From contig OZ024740.1 in NCBI GenBank assembly GCA_964016885.1, positions 56,110,001-56,174,000 of the forward strand: DNA of 64,000 nucleotides, read 5' to 3'. The translations under genes were made by a program, and so were the position numbers. Source of the stretch: Eledone cirrhosa. Lineage: Eukaryota. Shown here piece after piece: positions 1 through 13,616 of the stretch; position 1 is the first letter of the stretch; the number at the start of each line of letters is the position of its first letter. Under the pieces are notes generated by a model. It saw only the letters and a program-made list of their open reading frames with translations. It ran no database searches and had not been told where the DNA came from.

Positions 1-151
1 TTGTTATACTTTGAGAGGGTCATGTTGCCAATAAGAAACACACGCACCAGTTGCTTTCACTTCAATTTATTATAATAAATTTATAAATTTAGGAATTTAT
101 AAATTTCCGGTTGGTTGGTTGGTTCCACAACCAGACAATTGTTCATATATT

Positions 152-193
152 GTCAACGTTCTTTCGTCACACATTCTGGACCTCTTCAGTGAC
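152..193 (-). ncRNA. Degenerate hammerhead ribozyme motif (left-arm copy)
   Basis: Reverse complement reads gtca CTGAAGA g gtc cagaatgtgt gac GAAA gaacgt tgac. Stem II and the cleavage triplet are altered relative to 5487-5529. Confidence 0.55.
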
Positions 194-394
194 TGGGGTT
201 CTTTTCTTTGTTTTTTGTGCCTCTCCTTTGTTCTGTCCTACACCATCTTGTTTTTGTGTGTGTGTTGTGTGCTTAGTTTGCGCATGTGTTACATCCGGGT
301 GTCTGTGTGTGTTTATATTCGTTTATTTATTTGTTTATTTACATGTTACTGGTTGGTTGTTTGTTCTATGTGCGTGTGTGTTTTCATTTTGTCC

Positions 395-3300
395 TTAATT
401 GTAAGTTGTGATGTTGCTGTTCCGCTCATGTTTTCTATTTAATTTTGGTTGTAATTCATTTATGTTTATTGCCTCTGTGATTTGTCTAAACATTGCGTCT
501 TTTCTGTGTGTAGATTCTATTTTTATTTCTATGTTCTCTAATTTGCCCTTATGTTCTATTTTAGCATGTTGATGGAGTACAGATGATTCTTTACTATCTT
601 GAAGGTCTCGCCAGTGTTCATTTATCCGTTCCCCTATACTACAAGTTGTCTCACCTATGTACACTATATTTTTATCTCTACATTGTCCTTCAGTACATTT
701 TATGCTATATACTACATTTCTAGTTTTACAATTAATATGGGGGCTTAATTTACAGATTATACATTTCTTATCTATGCAGGGAGGTCTTTGAAAAGAGTAT
801 GTCTTGCAAATAAGTGTTTTTATGGAGGTACCTGGTCTTTCTACTATCTTAATATTGAGGTTATGTTTATCTAGGGCCCTTCTAAATTTGTAAGCTAATT
901 CACCTCTAGGGGTTGTATCGATGAACATTACACTCTGGTATTTATTGTTATCATACCATGAGTTTATTCTATTAGCCTTATTCCTAGTTCTTTCTATTCT
1001 ATTCCAAAATTTGCTCCTATACAAGGGGAAGGTCCCATTTGTGTCATTATTTACCATTTTTTCCCATTTGGTTCTGGCTCCTCTATACACTCTGTTTTAT
1101 CTCTCTGATTGTAGCCAGAGAACTGCTTACGGTGGATGAAGTGTTGTATGTGTCTCTCTAGTTCGTCGGGGTTGCACATGCGGGACACGTTTCTCATCAC
1201 CCGTACCAAATCCGCAATCAGTATGTTCATTTTGGTATGGTCCGAAACAGCTGAGTTTCGGTGGATCAGATATTTGGAAGTCATGGGTTTGGCATAATGG
1301 GAATGGAGGATTTGTTTTTTGTTATTAATGGTATCTAACCAGAGCTCTGTGTCTAGTACAGGTAATCGATGGTTGGGGTGTTTGCTTGGGTAGTCTATAG
1401 TAACTCTAATACTCTGGTGGATGGTGTTAGCTATTTGCTTGATGCTTTCCGTTATGTTTTTCTCTAATTCCTGACTGTTCTCTAGTGGGGTGTTTTAACT
1501 ACGATGTTTATATCATCAACGTAGCGTGAGTACATTATTAGGGTTAAGGGGTCTTCTAATTGTTCTTCAAGTTTAAGTTTAAGTCTACTGTCCCACCATA
1601 CCATGAATAAGTTTGGCTATGTCGCCTGCAATACTAACACCAATGGCTGGTCCCTCCTCTTTGGCATATGTTTTTCCATTAAATTTGAACAGATGTTCCT
1701 TAAGGGTTAGTTTTATGCTGGCCCCCACCGCATGTGCAATCATTTTCTTTAGTTCATCGTGGTTTTCGGGGGTCCGTATGGCTCTGGTCCACCCGTTCCA
1801 TCTATCTGTGTGGGTTTTCTTGGCCATTGAGGTAATGGTAGGTGGTCTGCCTCTTGCTGGTCTTGTAGGGCACAGGTTGCTAAGGTCATATGTGTCTAGA
1901 TAATTATTACTATAAGTATAATTATTACTATAGGTAAGTTTAAGTAGGAGTCCCAGCTCACTGGTATCAATCCCACAGAATTCAACATTGCTCTCACTGA
2001 TCATTTCTACGCATTTCTTCACAGCAAAATCCACGTCAATAGATGGATACAGGGACACAACATCCATACTACCTATTATGCAGTTTGTTAGGTCCCTAGA
2101 TCGGTTACTCTCGCCGATTCTGCTGAGGAGGTCCTCCGTGCTGTCACATACATCTGGGGACATTTCAATGATCGGGCGTATGGTCAGGGAGAGGAAATAG
2201 GACAGTCTTTAGTTACTAGCAATGTTAGCTCCACAGACTGGCCGTGTTGGTGGTCCCGTGACAGGGTTACTGCTCGTTTTATGGTCTTTTCGAAGCCCAT
2301 ACAACGCTGGCACGTCATTGTTCCAGGCCTGGAAGTTGTTGGCAGTCCTTTTGTTGGGCCTCATTATATTTTTCCACATCACCATATGGGCATTGAGGGC
2401 TTTTTCTCTATCCTCATGCTCTTGTGGTGTTACTTCTCTTGTGTTAGTGATGTGGGGTTGCATTGCCTGGATGTAATTTGGCAGACTGTCAACCGACATT
2501 CTGCCAGACTTGTCTGTTGGAAAGCATGCTATCTCTCCATTACGCGAGCGCTGCATGAGCTTATGCAAGACATTTGCAGATTTTTCTCCCAGTTGCTGGG
2601 CCTCCATTCTATTATGCTTCTTGCTATACTGTTCTATAATATTTCTAAGTTTAGATCTCGCTATACTAAATTGTGCTTCTGTTTGTTCATCGATCTGCGA
2701 CGGCAATTGCTTGCGTTTGTTAAAAGCTAAAGTCGTGGCGTGGACTAGTCGCAGGTCGAACGACTTATCGGAGTGATTATAAAAAGTAGAGTTCCAAGCT
2801 GCTGCTTTATGTGTACTAGTGCTATTGTTATTGTTAGTTGTGTTGTTTCTATTTCTATTTCCACCAACAGCCTCATGGTTGTTTCTATGTCTCTCATTAT
2901 TACTCCTGTCTCTTCCCTCTAGCCCATTGTTATTATCTACTATATTTTGTGTGTCTGTGCGTTCGTCTTGGTTATTTTCTCTCTCTATAGTCTCCCTTCT
3001 CTTTTCAATCCTATTACCTTCCCTTATTTCTGTGCTAATGTCATTACCTGTTTTCTGTGTCTGTGTGTTTGTTAAGATTGTGGTGGTGGTGAGAGGCATT
3101 GAATGTGTGTGTTGTTGTTGTTGTTGTTGTTGTTGTTGATGTGTGCTGCTGTTGATGTGTGTTTTGTTGTTGTTGTTGTTGATGTGTGCTGTTGTTGATG
3201 TGTGTTGTTGTTGTTGTCTCCGTGTATGTTATTATTGTTGTATGTTGTTATTGTTGTTTGTGTCTGCGTGTCTGTTGTTGTTTCTGAGTATGTTATTATT

Positions 3301-4110
3301 GTTGTGTGTGTTGTGATTGTTGTTTGTGTCTGTGTGTCTGTTGTTGTTGGGATGTGTGTTGTAATATGTGTGTGTGCGTATGTTGTTACTTTTGTTTGTG
3401 TTTTTGTTTTTGAGGCTCCAACGTAATTTTGTAAATGATTTTTCTATTTCTGACAAGCATCTAATCATATTTACCTTATTGAATGTGGCATACTTAGGCG
3501 GCAGTTGTAATACAGATAATTCATCAGAGTCGACCGTAGTGTTGCCGTATATATTTGTGTTGTTGTTGTTGAATTCATCTGTTAATGAGATGTCGGCCAT
3601 GTTTATACCGTCAATTTTGTCAGGATATCTATTGATATTCTCTAAAGTATCTTGATTTAGTTTTATCTGTTTAAGCCACTTTAGTTTCTTGTTAAAGTGC
3701 TTGTCACATTCTTGAACAATGTACTGTTCTTCAGGACGTATAAGGTTTATAAATATTAGTTTTTTTCTTGGTGTGGTGATCTTAGTTATTTCTTGTATTA
3801 GGTTACGCTTATGTTTTTCTTGATGACTTAATTCTCTATAAATCTTCTTTTTTATGTTTAGAATTAGTGTTCGTTTTAGCCTATCTGCTTGCTTTTTGGT
3901 GAGCTGTAATCTTCTTACATCGGTGTTGATGGTGTTGGTGTAAACTTGGCACGAGGCACATTCTTTTATGAAGTGTAGTTGTCGAGATGTTATTGTTTTT
4001 CGTAGACAACAGAACATGGTGGTTTTCAGTATCTTGTTAGCCTGGCTAAGGCTTACGATATTTCGTTTCTGAATTTCTTTAGCAAGATTCTTTATCTTAA
4101 AACGTGTGGA
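395..4110 (-). pseudogene. Disrupted PLE polyprotein (N-terminal domain, RT, Cys-rich linker, GIY-YIG endonuclease)
   Basis: ORF fragments 3232-4152, 2209-3099, 1585-2163, 1051-1284 and 395-1090 are colinear pieces of one PLE ORF split by stops and frameshifts. Confidence 0.88.
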
Positions 4111-5284
4111 AAGAACAATTAGAAGACCCCTAAACCCTGATAATGTACTCACGCTACGTTGATGATATAAACATCGTAGTTAAAACACCCCCCACTAGAG
4201 AACAGTCAGGAATTAGAGAAAAACACAATGGAAAGCATCCAGCAAATAGATAACTCCATCCACCAGCGTATTAGAGTTACTATAGACTACCCAAGCAAAC
4301 ACCCCAACCATCGATTACCTGTACTAGACACAGAGCTCTGGTTAGATACCATTAATAACAAAAAACAAATCCTCCATTCCCATTATGCCAAACCCATGAC
4401 TTCCAAATATCTGATCCACCGAAACTCAGCTGTTTCGGATCACACCAAAATGAACATACTGATTGCGGATTTGGTACGGGTGATGAGAAACATGTCCCGC
4501 ATGTGCAACCCTGAAGAACTAGAGAGACACATACAACAATTCATCCACCGTAAGCAGTTCTCTGGTTACAATCAGAGAGATAAAATCAGAGTGTATAGAG
4601 GAGCCTGAACCAAATGGGAAAAAATGGTAAATAATGACACAAATAGGACCTGCCCTTGTATAGGAGGAAATTTTGGAATAGAATAGAAAGAACTAGGAAT
4701 AAGGCTAATAGAATAAACTCATGGTATGATAACAATAAATACCAGAGTGTAATGTTCATCGATACAACCCCTAGAAGTGAATTAGCTTACAAATTTAGAA
4801 GGGCCTTAGATAAACATAAACTTAATATTAAGATAGTAGAAAGACCAGGTACCTCCATAAAAACACTTACTAGCAATACATACCCTTTTCAAAGACCTCC
4901 CTGTATAGATAAGAAATGCATAATCTGTAAACTAAGCCCCGTATTTACTGTAAAACTAGAAATGTAGTATATAGCATAAGATGTACTGAAGGACAATGTA
5001 GAGATAAAAATATAGTGTACATAGGTGAGACAGCTTGTAGTATAGGGGAACGGATAAATGAACACTGGCGAGACCTTCAAGATAGTAAAGAATCATCTGT
5101 ACTCCATCAACATGCTAAAATAGAACATAAGGGTAAATTAGAGAACATAGAAATAAAAATAGAATCTACACGCAGAAAAGACGCAATGTTTAGACAAATC
5201 ACAGAGGCAATAACCATAAATGAATTACAACTAAAATTAAATAGAAAACATGAGTGGAACAGCAACATCACAACTTACAATTAA
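4111..5284 (+). pseudogene. Inverted partial copy of the PLE ORF (RT YVDD region to GIY-YIG end), disrupted
   Basis: ORFs 4228-4608, 4656-4967 and 5015-5284 are near-identical to the minus-strand peptides at 395-1560. tacgttgatgat (YVDD) lies at ~4155. Confidence 0.9.
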
Positions 5285-5486
5285 GGACAAAATGAAAACA
5301 CACACGCACATGGAACAAACAACCAACCAGTAACATGTAAATAAACAAATAAATAAACGAATATAAACACACACAGACACCCGGATGTAACACATGCGCA
5401 AACTAAGCACACAACACACACAAAAAAACAAGATGGCGTAGGACAGAACAAAGGAGAGGCACAAAAAACAAAGAAAAGAACCCCCA

Positions 5487-5529
5487 GTCACTGAAGAAGT
5501 CACATAATGTGTGACGAAAGAACTTTGAC
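5487..5529 (+). ncRNA. Minimal type I hammerhead ribozyme motif in the PLE pseudo-LTR
   Basis: gtca-CTGAAGA-a-GTCACA taatg TGTGAC-GAAA-g aa c-TT-tgac gives the core boxes, a 6-bp stem II, a very short stem III and a gtca/tgac stem I. Confidence 0.72.
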
Positions 5530-5673
5530 AATATATAAACAACCATCTGGTTGTGGAACCAACCAACCACCGAAAATTTATAAATTCCTAAATTTATAAA
5601 TTTATTATAATAAATTGAAGTGAAATAACTGGTGCGTGTGTTTCTTATTGGCAACATGACCCTCCCAAAGTAT

Positions 5674-5678
<5 letters not shown>

Positions 5679-5743
<65 letters not shown>

Positions 5744-5925
5744 ATATATATATATATAGTATATATAGTAGAGTGAGTATATAGTATATAGGGGGTGGTG
5801 TGATAGTGTGTTAGATATATAGTGGAGATATATATAGAGATATATATAGATATTAGAGAGTATAGATATATATATATAGATAGATACAACACACATCTAT
5901 ATAATATATACTATATATATATCTA

Positions 5926-5959
<34 letters not shown>

Positions 5960-6034
5960 CTATATATGTGAGTGTCTATCTCATCTCTATCTCTCTCTCT
6001 CTACTCAATATCTACTAAACACTATACTACTATG

Positions 6035-6073
<39 letters not shown>

Positions 6074-6100
6074 TACATGTATGTCTATGTATGTATATAC
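5679..6100. repeat. (TA)n / (TG)n compound microsatellite
   Basis: Direct reading. Confidence 0.95.
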
Positions 6101-6299
6101 GACGGCCTGCAGTAGAGTCTCATCTACAAATTTCCCTCATAAGACATTGGTCAACACAAGGCTGTAGTAAAATTAAGTTGTTTTTTTTTTAATTAGTTTT
6201 TTTTTTATTATAGAAAAAGAGCGATGTAAGTGAAATATTATTTATGACATTAGAAGATCAAGCAAAGTAAAATATTAGAAGCCGGAAGAACAGTACCGA

Positions 6300-7600
6300 A
6301 TCGGTAACTCGTAATTCAGCATCCATCCCGAGTTGTCAGGGGCTCGGCTAAAGTCCAAATACGCTGCCTGCATTCTCACTTCATCAATTCTCCCAAACGC
6401 CAAGCACGCGGACTTGTTTAAGGTGACGGAGAGGTTGTGCCTCATTAATGTGCACCTGGCGCTTTTCCTCCAAGGGAACTTCTTTGCCATTCCTAAATTC
6501 TTGTTCACGCTGCGTGGGGAACCATGTCATCCTCTCGCAGATCGCCTCGGTGAACTCGATGCCACCATCTGACGCAGTGTGGAACTCATCTACTATGTCA
6601 GTTTTGACAGCAGTGTCTGGCAACAGGCGAAGCTCGTTTGAGGTTCAGTAGACTCAGACTCCAATACCCTTCAGTTCTGGCACTGCCAGCCTACCTCTCC
6701 TCATAATCCTCCAGCTGCACCCTCATCAGCAAGGTTCTCAGCAAGACGGCAGGACCTGACATGACTCAAGAACTTGAGCAGGCTCTGGCCGACTGGACAA
6801 GCGAAGACCTCTCCGTCTTCCAGTATACAAATGTCCAACGTTACTGTGACGACATCAAGTGAAGGTCTTCGTTCAGGTTGATCGAATTTGGCTTAGATCA
6901 ACAGCGCTTCACCTACCTCTTTTTCGCCTCGCAGCCAAACAGCGGTGCATGGCTCAATTCGGTTCCCTCCTTATCAACCGATACCCTTTTTGATGACGAG
7001 TGCACTCGTATTGGCGTGGCCCAGCGAGTCTACCTCCGCGTATGTTAGCAACATAAATGCCGTAGTTGAGCTGTCATTGATGAATTCGTCTTGCTCCCAC
7101 TATCATGTCACCAGAGTGCAATCCGGTCCCCCGACATGCTGCTCTAACGACATAATGAGGAGGAGATTCGACGAAGCCGGCTTCCCTTCACAACTAGAGC
7201 CAGCAAGGCGCCACCGTGGAGAAGGCAAACGCCGCGACGGAATTACCCTCTTCCCTTTCGAAGAAGATAAATTCATCATCAGGGAACGCGATATGCTGTG
7301 ACACGTTCTCCGCCTCCAGCTAGGTCACTTCGGCCACAAACACCACTACCGCGACCCGCCATGTGGAGGGCAGGATGATAAGTAAATACCGGGGCTTTTT
7401 CTGCAACTTCCTCTTTGCACCGGTTGCCGTGGGGGATCTCAACCGTAATCGGACACCGGACAGCTGAACTCCTCCGTAAAATCGTATCAATAGCAGCGCG
7501 TCTAAAGAAGGAGCTCCGTGAGTTGGGGTGGCTGTTGCAGTGGATGTCGCTGGCCATACCTTTGTCATTTTGTCCGAGGGGCGCAGCCGAAACACCGCTC
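6300..7600 (+). mobile_element. Degenerate CRE-like (RLE) non-LTR retrotransposon remnant
   Basis: Peptide fragments RLCLINVHLALFLQGNFFAIPKFLFTLR, NSGAWLNSVPS and GKRRDGITLFPF, homologous to the cleaner copy at 8237-9025. Confidence 0.7.
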
Positions 7601-8236
7601 TGACATAAGTGTACAGACCGTCACCGTCTCGCTTTGCCCCTATCTTTAGCCCTTTGTCTAGTAGTCCTTGTTCTTCCCCTTCCTTTCCTCTCATTTCTGG
7701 CATTTATAGTCCTTTCCAATAATGCTTGATTTCTCTGTATGTTTGAGAAATGTATAGTTATATCAACAAAAACTACTCAATAAATTTATTATTGTCGTTT
7801 AAAAAATCTATTGTACCTTATTGACAAATACTGAACAAAATGTGCAGTGTGCTTGAATAGTGATAGTTGTTTGTATGTTTATATAAGCATTTCTATTTTT
7901 TATTTTGCTTCTTTTTAAATAATCTTGGATGAATTAAACGATTAAAAGAAGTGCTCAAGTCATTCGTTTTGTGGGTTTCCATGATTTATCGGTGATAGGG
8001 AAGATGAATTTAATATTCTTTTACTAAAGCCTAAATAGTAATAATAATAATATTAATAATAATAATAATTGTTTCTAATAATTGTTTCCAACAATTTGAA
8101 GGGAAGGGGAAAGTCGATTAAATCGACCCTTGTACTTTAGTAATATAGGATGAAAGGTGGGGTTTGAACTCAAAACGCATGAAGAAATACGTACAATAAT
8201 TCAGAATGTGTAATTAGAATGGTCTCTACAACAACT

Positions 8237-9025
8237 ACAACGGTGCGCGATGGGGCCCACCCACAGCCCCGGCGGACAGAATGGAGAAGGCATTTCCCCG
8301 GAGGACGGTGAAGGAGACGCGCTGGAAGAGCCACTCCAACTCGCGGGGCTCACACCTGCGGCTGGCCAGCGCAGCGCCTGTGGTGGTGAGTAAGGAGGTA
8401 GCCCTGGGGCCGAGGACACCAAAAGTCTCCACTGCCAGGGGTACGACCGCAAACCTGTAGGAGAGCGACCGGTATTTGAAGAGTTTGGCCCCCTCAGCCC
8501 GGCGTGCAGCAGAACCTGAGTCAGCCGCAGACTGCACCAGGTTGCAGCTGCAGAAAGTGTCGGTACAAGTGGAATCCCAGACGAGGGGTTTACCACCGCG
8601 GAACGGGAAGATGGTCATGCCATCTGGCCTTTTGCCATCCCCTCGATCCAGCCCCACCGGCTCGAGCTAGGAAAGGAAGCCTGCAGCGTCCAAGCCATGC
8701 TTAATGGCCTCGTTGAGGGCAGCATGGCGTGGAATGCGGCCGGCACTGTGGCGACAGGAAAGCGGGTGGAGGCCGAAAGAGTCCAGGGTGGAACCGAGGC
8801 AACATTGGTATGGCTGGCAGATCCGGAGGCCGGGCCTCAGGGAAACGCCTATGCGCAGGCTATGGTTGTCTAGCTGCGTGCTAGTGGAGAAGGAGGGAAG
8901 GGCATGTAGCCAGGCACCACTGTGGGGTTTGAAGGCCGCATGAAAACAAGCAAGGCTGCACTGGATGGCATCCCAAGAAATACAGCCAAGCAATTTGTCC
9001 GACACTGTAACTTTTCTGCCAGTCC
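8237..9025 (-). mobile_element. CRE-like RLE non-LTR retrotransposon, 3' fragment (Zn-finger-like region plus restriction-like endonuclease)
   Basis: HSGAWLHALPS...LRIGVSLR...GLHPLSCRHSAGRIPRHAALN, then GKRPDGMTIFPF..GKPLVWDSTCTDT...PLAVETFG...FQRVSFTVLRGNA. Confidence 0.8.
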
Positions 9026-9027
9026 AC

Positions 9028-9378
9028 GAAGAAGAAGAAGAAGAAGAAGAAGAAGAAGAAGAAGAAGAAGAAGAAGAAGAAGAAGAAGAAGAAGAAGAAG
9101 AAGAAGAAGAAGAAGAAGAAGAAGAAGAAGAAGAAGAAGAAGAAGAAGAAGAAGAAGAAGAAGAAGAAGAAGAAGAAGAAGAAGAAGAAGAAGAGGAGGA
9201 AGAGGAGGAAGAGGAAGAACAAGAACAAGAACAAGAACAAGAACAAGAAGAAGAAGAAGAAGAAGAAGAAGAAGAAGAAGAGGAGGAGGAGGAGGAGGAG
9301 GAGGAGGAGGAGGAGGAGGAGGAGGAAGAAGAAGAAGAAGAAGAAGAAGAAGAAGAAGAAGAAGAAGAAGAAGAAGAA
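9028..9378. repeat. (GAA)n/(GAG)n purine-rich trinucleotide repeat, ~350 bp
   Basis: Direct reading. It is the source of the spurious poly-E/R/S/F/L ORFs. Confidence 0.97.
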
Positions 9379-9970
9379 CGTATAAACGATGCCGGCAAAG
9401 TAGGCTGTACTTTTCATGACAACAGTTCAAATCTAAAGCAGGGAGACAAACCACAAAAAGTAATTTAGTAATTAGTTTAGAGTTACTTCCCTTGACTATA
9501 TGGCCAGATATAATGTTGAAATTACTGAAATGAAAGGCGTTTCGTAACCCACGTTACATCTGATCAAGCAGATCTGTGACCAAACCTGTTCCAATCATTT
9601 TCATCCTGTCTATTATCTAGTCTAACTATGACTGTATTATTGTCGTATCATTACTTCTTTTTTATACGGTGCATACCACTTTGAAGAAAATAGACGGTGT
9701 TTATATCAGGTTAGATCGAGTGACCGTGGAGAAGGTCCCTTGTTCCAACTACCATTTACTTCTTAACAGTGTTAGTATAGTACTGTGGCTAATATGATCA
9801 ACTGTACTTCACTACAAAATATGTAGTCTTGTGTCTCTATTAAAAGGGTCAAATATCTTGATGTATTTAGAGGTAGTTTTTTACGTTCAGAATTTAAATT
9901 ATGTCGAGGTCCTGTTTGCCTTTCATTCTTCCTGGTCCGATAAAATATCGAGGTTGATTAACACCACCAC

Positions 9971-10230
9971 TCCCCATCTCATCACCCCCACAAAAATAAT
10001 TGGGTCTCCTTTTGGCACAAGGCCAGCAATTACTCAGTACATTACTAGTACTTTATTTATCGACCTCGTAAGGATGAAAGGTTAAGTTAACCTCGGCGGG
10101 ATTTGAGGTTAACTTTGCCTTTTCTCCTTACGGGATCGATAAAATAAATTACCAGTAATACACTGGTTAATTGCTGGCCTTGTGCCAAAAGTAGAAACAA
10201 TTATTTTTGTGCGGATGATGAGATGGGGAG
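9971..10230. repeat. Foldback inverted duplication of a SINE 3' half plus its flank
   Basis: ctccccatctcatca...ttaacctc (~9971-10093) is mirrored by gaggttaa...tgatgagatggggag (~10105-10230). Confidence 0.8.
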
Positions 10231-11146
10231 GGGGGTATTCAACCTCTGGCAGAAATAGTAGTGCGTCAGCCTTACAAAATTAAATTACCGCCCTTTGCAT
10301 TCTGTGTTCAAATTTCGCTGAGGTCGACTTAGACATATATCCTTCGATAAAATAGTACACATCAAGTAATGTGGTTGATATAATCGACTGTAAACTGTCA
10401 CCAAACGAGTGTTGTGCCTATGTAATAAATTATGAGTAGTAGTAACAGTCTAGAACAATACTTTCCGCATGCATGCAAGCTACGTATGTATTATCGAAGA
10501 GGTGGGGTGGTGAATTACCATCGTTAGAATATCAGACACAATGTTTTGCGACATTTAGATATGGTTCTTTACATTCCGCGTTCAAATCCTGCCAAGGTGA
10601 ACTTTGTCTCTATTCCAAATAAAGTAGTAAAGTCCTGGAGTTTATATAATCGACTTACCTCTCCCCAAAACTTACTGACATTGTGCGTAAAGTAAAAACA
10701 TTATATTAACCCAGGAGTGATCAGCAAAGATGTTTCCAGCTAAAATCGTAATTCGAATTTCGTTTAATGGTTGCTTAGCGAGTCCCTACGATGCTACCTA
10801 AATATTCTTAAAATGAATAAAAGAAACCAGGTACTGTTATGGGAATAGCAATGTTATACTCTCACAACGAAGTATAATTTGTATGTAGCAATACATTATA
10901 TATCAGTTTAGACTCACTATTACTCGCAGTACAGAGTATGTTTGAGAATCATTCTCTGGAAACAATGTAAAATTACTTATGAGGTGACTGTAAGGAATTA
11001 AAGAAAATATAATGCTGTTTTTAGAAATGCAGAGGGCTGAAATGATAGATTATCGATCTACCAAATTGTTGAGGATTCTGAAAACGGAATGCTGTGCATA
11101 TAAAAGACATACATACATATACATACACACGCACGTGCACGCACAC

Positions 11147-11199
<53 letters not shown>

Positions 11200-11200
<1 letters not shown>

Positions 11201-11337
11201 CAAAGGAATTGTGGTAAGGAACCAGATGGACCATAACGCACCAGAGTACTCAATACTTAGGGTAGTAGAGTAGGAAATAGGAAAAAAGTATGGCCCCGAC
11301 GGCAGAGCTCAAGCCGTTTCGACGGCTATTTCTGGAG
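11200..11337. repeat. Dispersed ~140-bp repeat starting at the edge of a (TA)n tract; second copy at ~15281-15420
   Basis: Shared gtggtaaggaac...gaccataacgcacca...gtactcaatacttagggtagtagag...ctcaagccgtttcgacggcta. Confidence 0.8.
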
Positions 11338-12487
<1,150 letters not shown>

Positions 12488-12680
12488 TCGTGAAGTTTAA
12501 AAGTGGCCGGGCAAGCCTGACGCACGATAAAGGAGTAGGATGCCCGTCTACCTCTACTACTCCGAGAAGTGTCAGCTAGCTCGAGTGATGTTAATGATAA
12601 ACCCGTAAGTTATCATCAATAAGGTAACATGTTCTCTGTAGATTAGTCATAGTTCTGTATAGTTCTAACCACTAAGCCAT

Positions 12681-12910
12681 GGCGCATGGGTTAGAACATT
12701 GGGCTTGCAATCGAAAGGTTGCGAGTTAAATTTTCGGACCGGATGATGTGTTGTTTCCTGGAGCAAGACACTTTATTTCACGTTACTCCAGTTTACTCAG
12801 CTGTAGAAATGAGATGATAGGGATTGGGGTCCCTATCATTAAATCACCCAAGACCCCAAGACACCTCCAATGAGATATACCTTGGAGGAGGCCAGGTAAA
12901 CCTGCATAGG
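12681..12910 (+). mobile_element. tRNA-derived SINE, family 2
   Basis: Homologous to 40214-40430, with a tRNA-like head and the central gtttcc(t)tgagcaagacactttatttcacg motif. Confidence 0.75.
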
Positions 12911-13168
12911 TGTGAGCTGTCACACACACACATTACAAATCATAAAGTTGAAGAAGAAGTGCAGGAAGCAGTGATAAATGATTGTGCGACGAACAGACAC
13001 CCTTTTTGGAGGGAATACGCAAGCTTGTAGACAGCTGGAGTAAGAGCATTTGAAAGGAAGGAGACTATGCAGGAAAATGACGTTCTTGTTTAATTCCTGT
13101 TTTGAGTAAATAAATTGAAAAAAAGAAGGCGCTGCTGATAATATTTGACTTTCTCTCGTGTATGTATG

Positions 13169-13289
<121 letters not shown>

Positions 13290-13374
13290 AAAATGTAAAC
13301 AGAAATAACAACACAATCGATACAGTATATGGAAGGGATATATTAGTTTAACGCTTGATATAGCAGGAAGAGGG

Positions 13375-13410
13375 TCTTCACGTTTCGGACGCCAGTCCTT
13401 CATCAGAAGA
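13375..13410 (-). ncRNA. Solo minimal hammerhead-like motif (probable PLE relic)
   Basis: Reverse complement reads tctt CTGATGA a GGAC tggc GTCC GAAA cgtg aaga. Stems I and II are perfect, but the triplet is GUG rather than NUH. Confidence 0.55.
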
Positions 13411-13549
13411 AAGTATGAAGAATAAGATAGCCTTAGGGGACGGGTGGGTTGGAATTGGAAAAATTGTCTTTAGATAAAAATAACAGGTCCATTCATGTTG
13501 ACATCTCTTGCAAAACTGTTGGTGCTGGCGTTTTGTGTATGGCTTATTT

Positions 13550-13613
<64 letters not shown>

Positions 13614-13616
<3 letters not shown>

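Larger units (their letters stand above)
1..5678 (-). mobile_element. Penelope-like retroelement (RT plus C-terminal GIY-YIG): main copy on the minus strand with an inverted partial 3' copy on the plus strand
   Basis: Minus-strand ORF pieces carry PLE motifs: TDKSGR, PALYGLRKDHK, PTRPVCG, SMDVVSLYPSI, GPAIG, YVDD (~1510-1525), LPVLD, and GIY-YIG (NVVYSIKC...VYIGET...ERINEH). 1-1567 is the reverse complement of 4111-5678. The right end abuts (TA)n. Confidence 0.92.

Noticed and set aside
8667-9468. Long poly-E/R/S/F/L ORFs
   Set aside because: These are translations of the (GAA)n microsatellite. Only the CRE-like portion at 8667-9025 is coding-derived.
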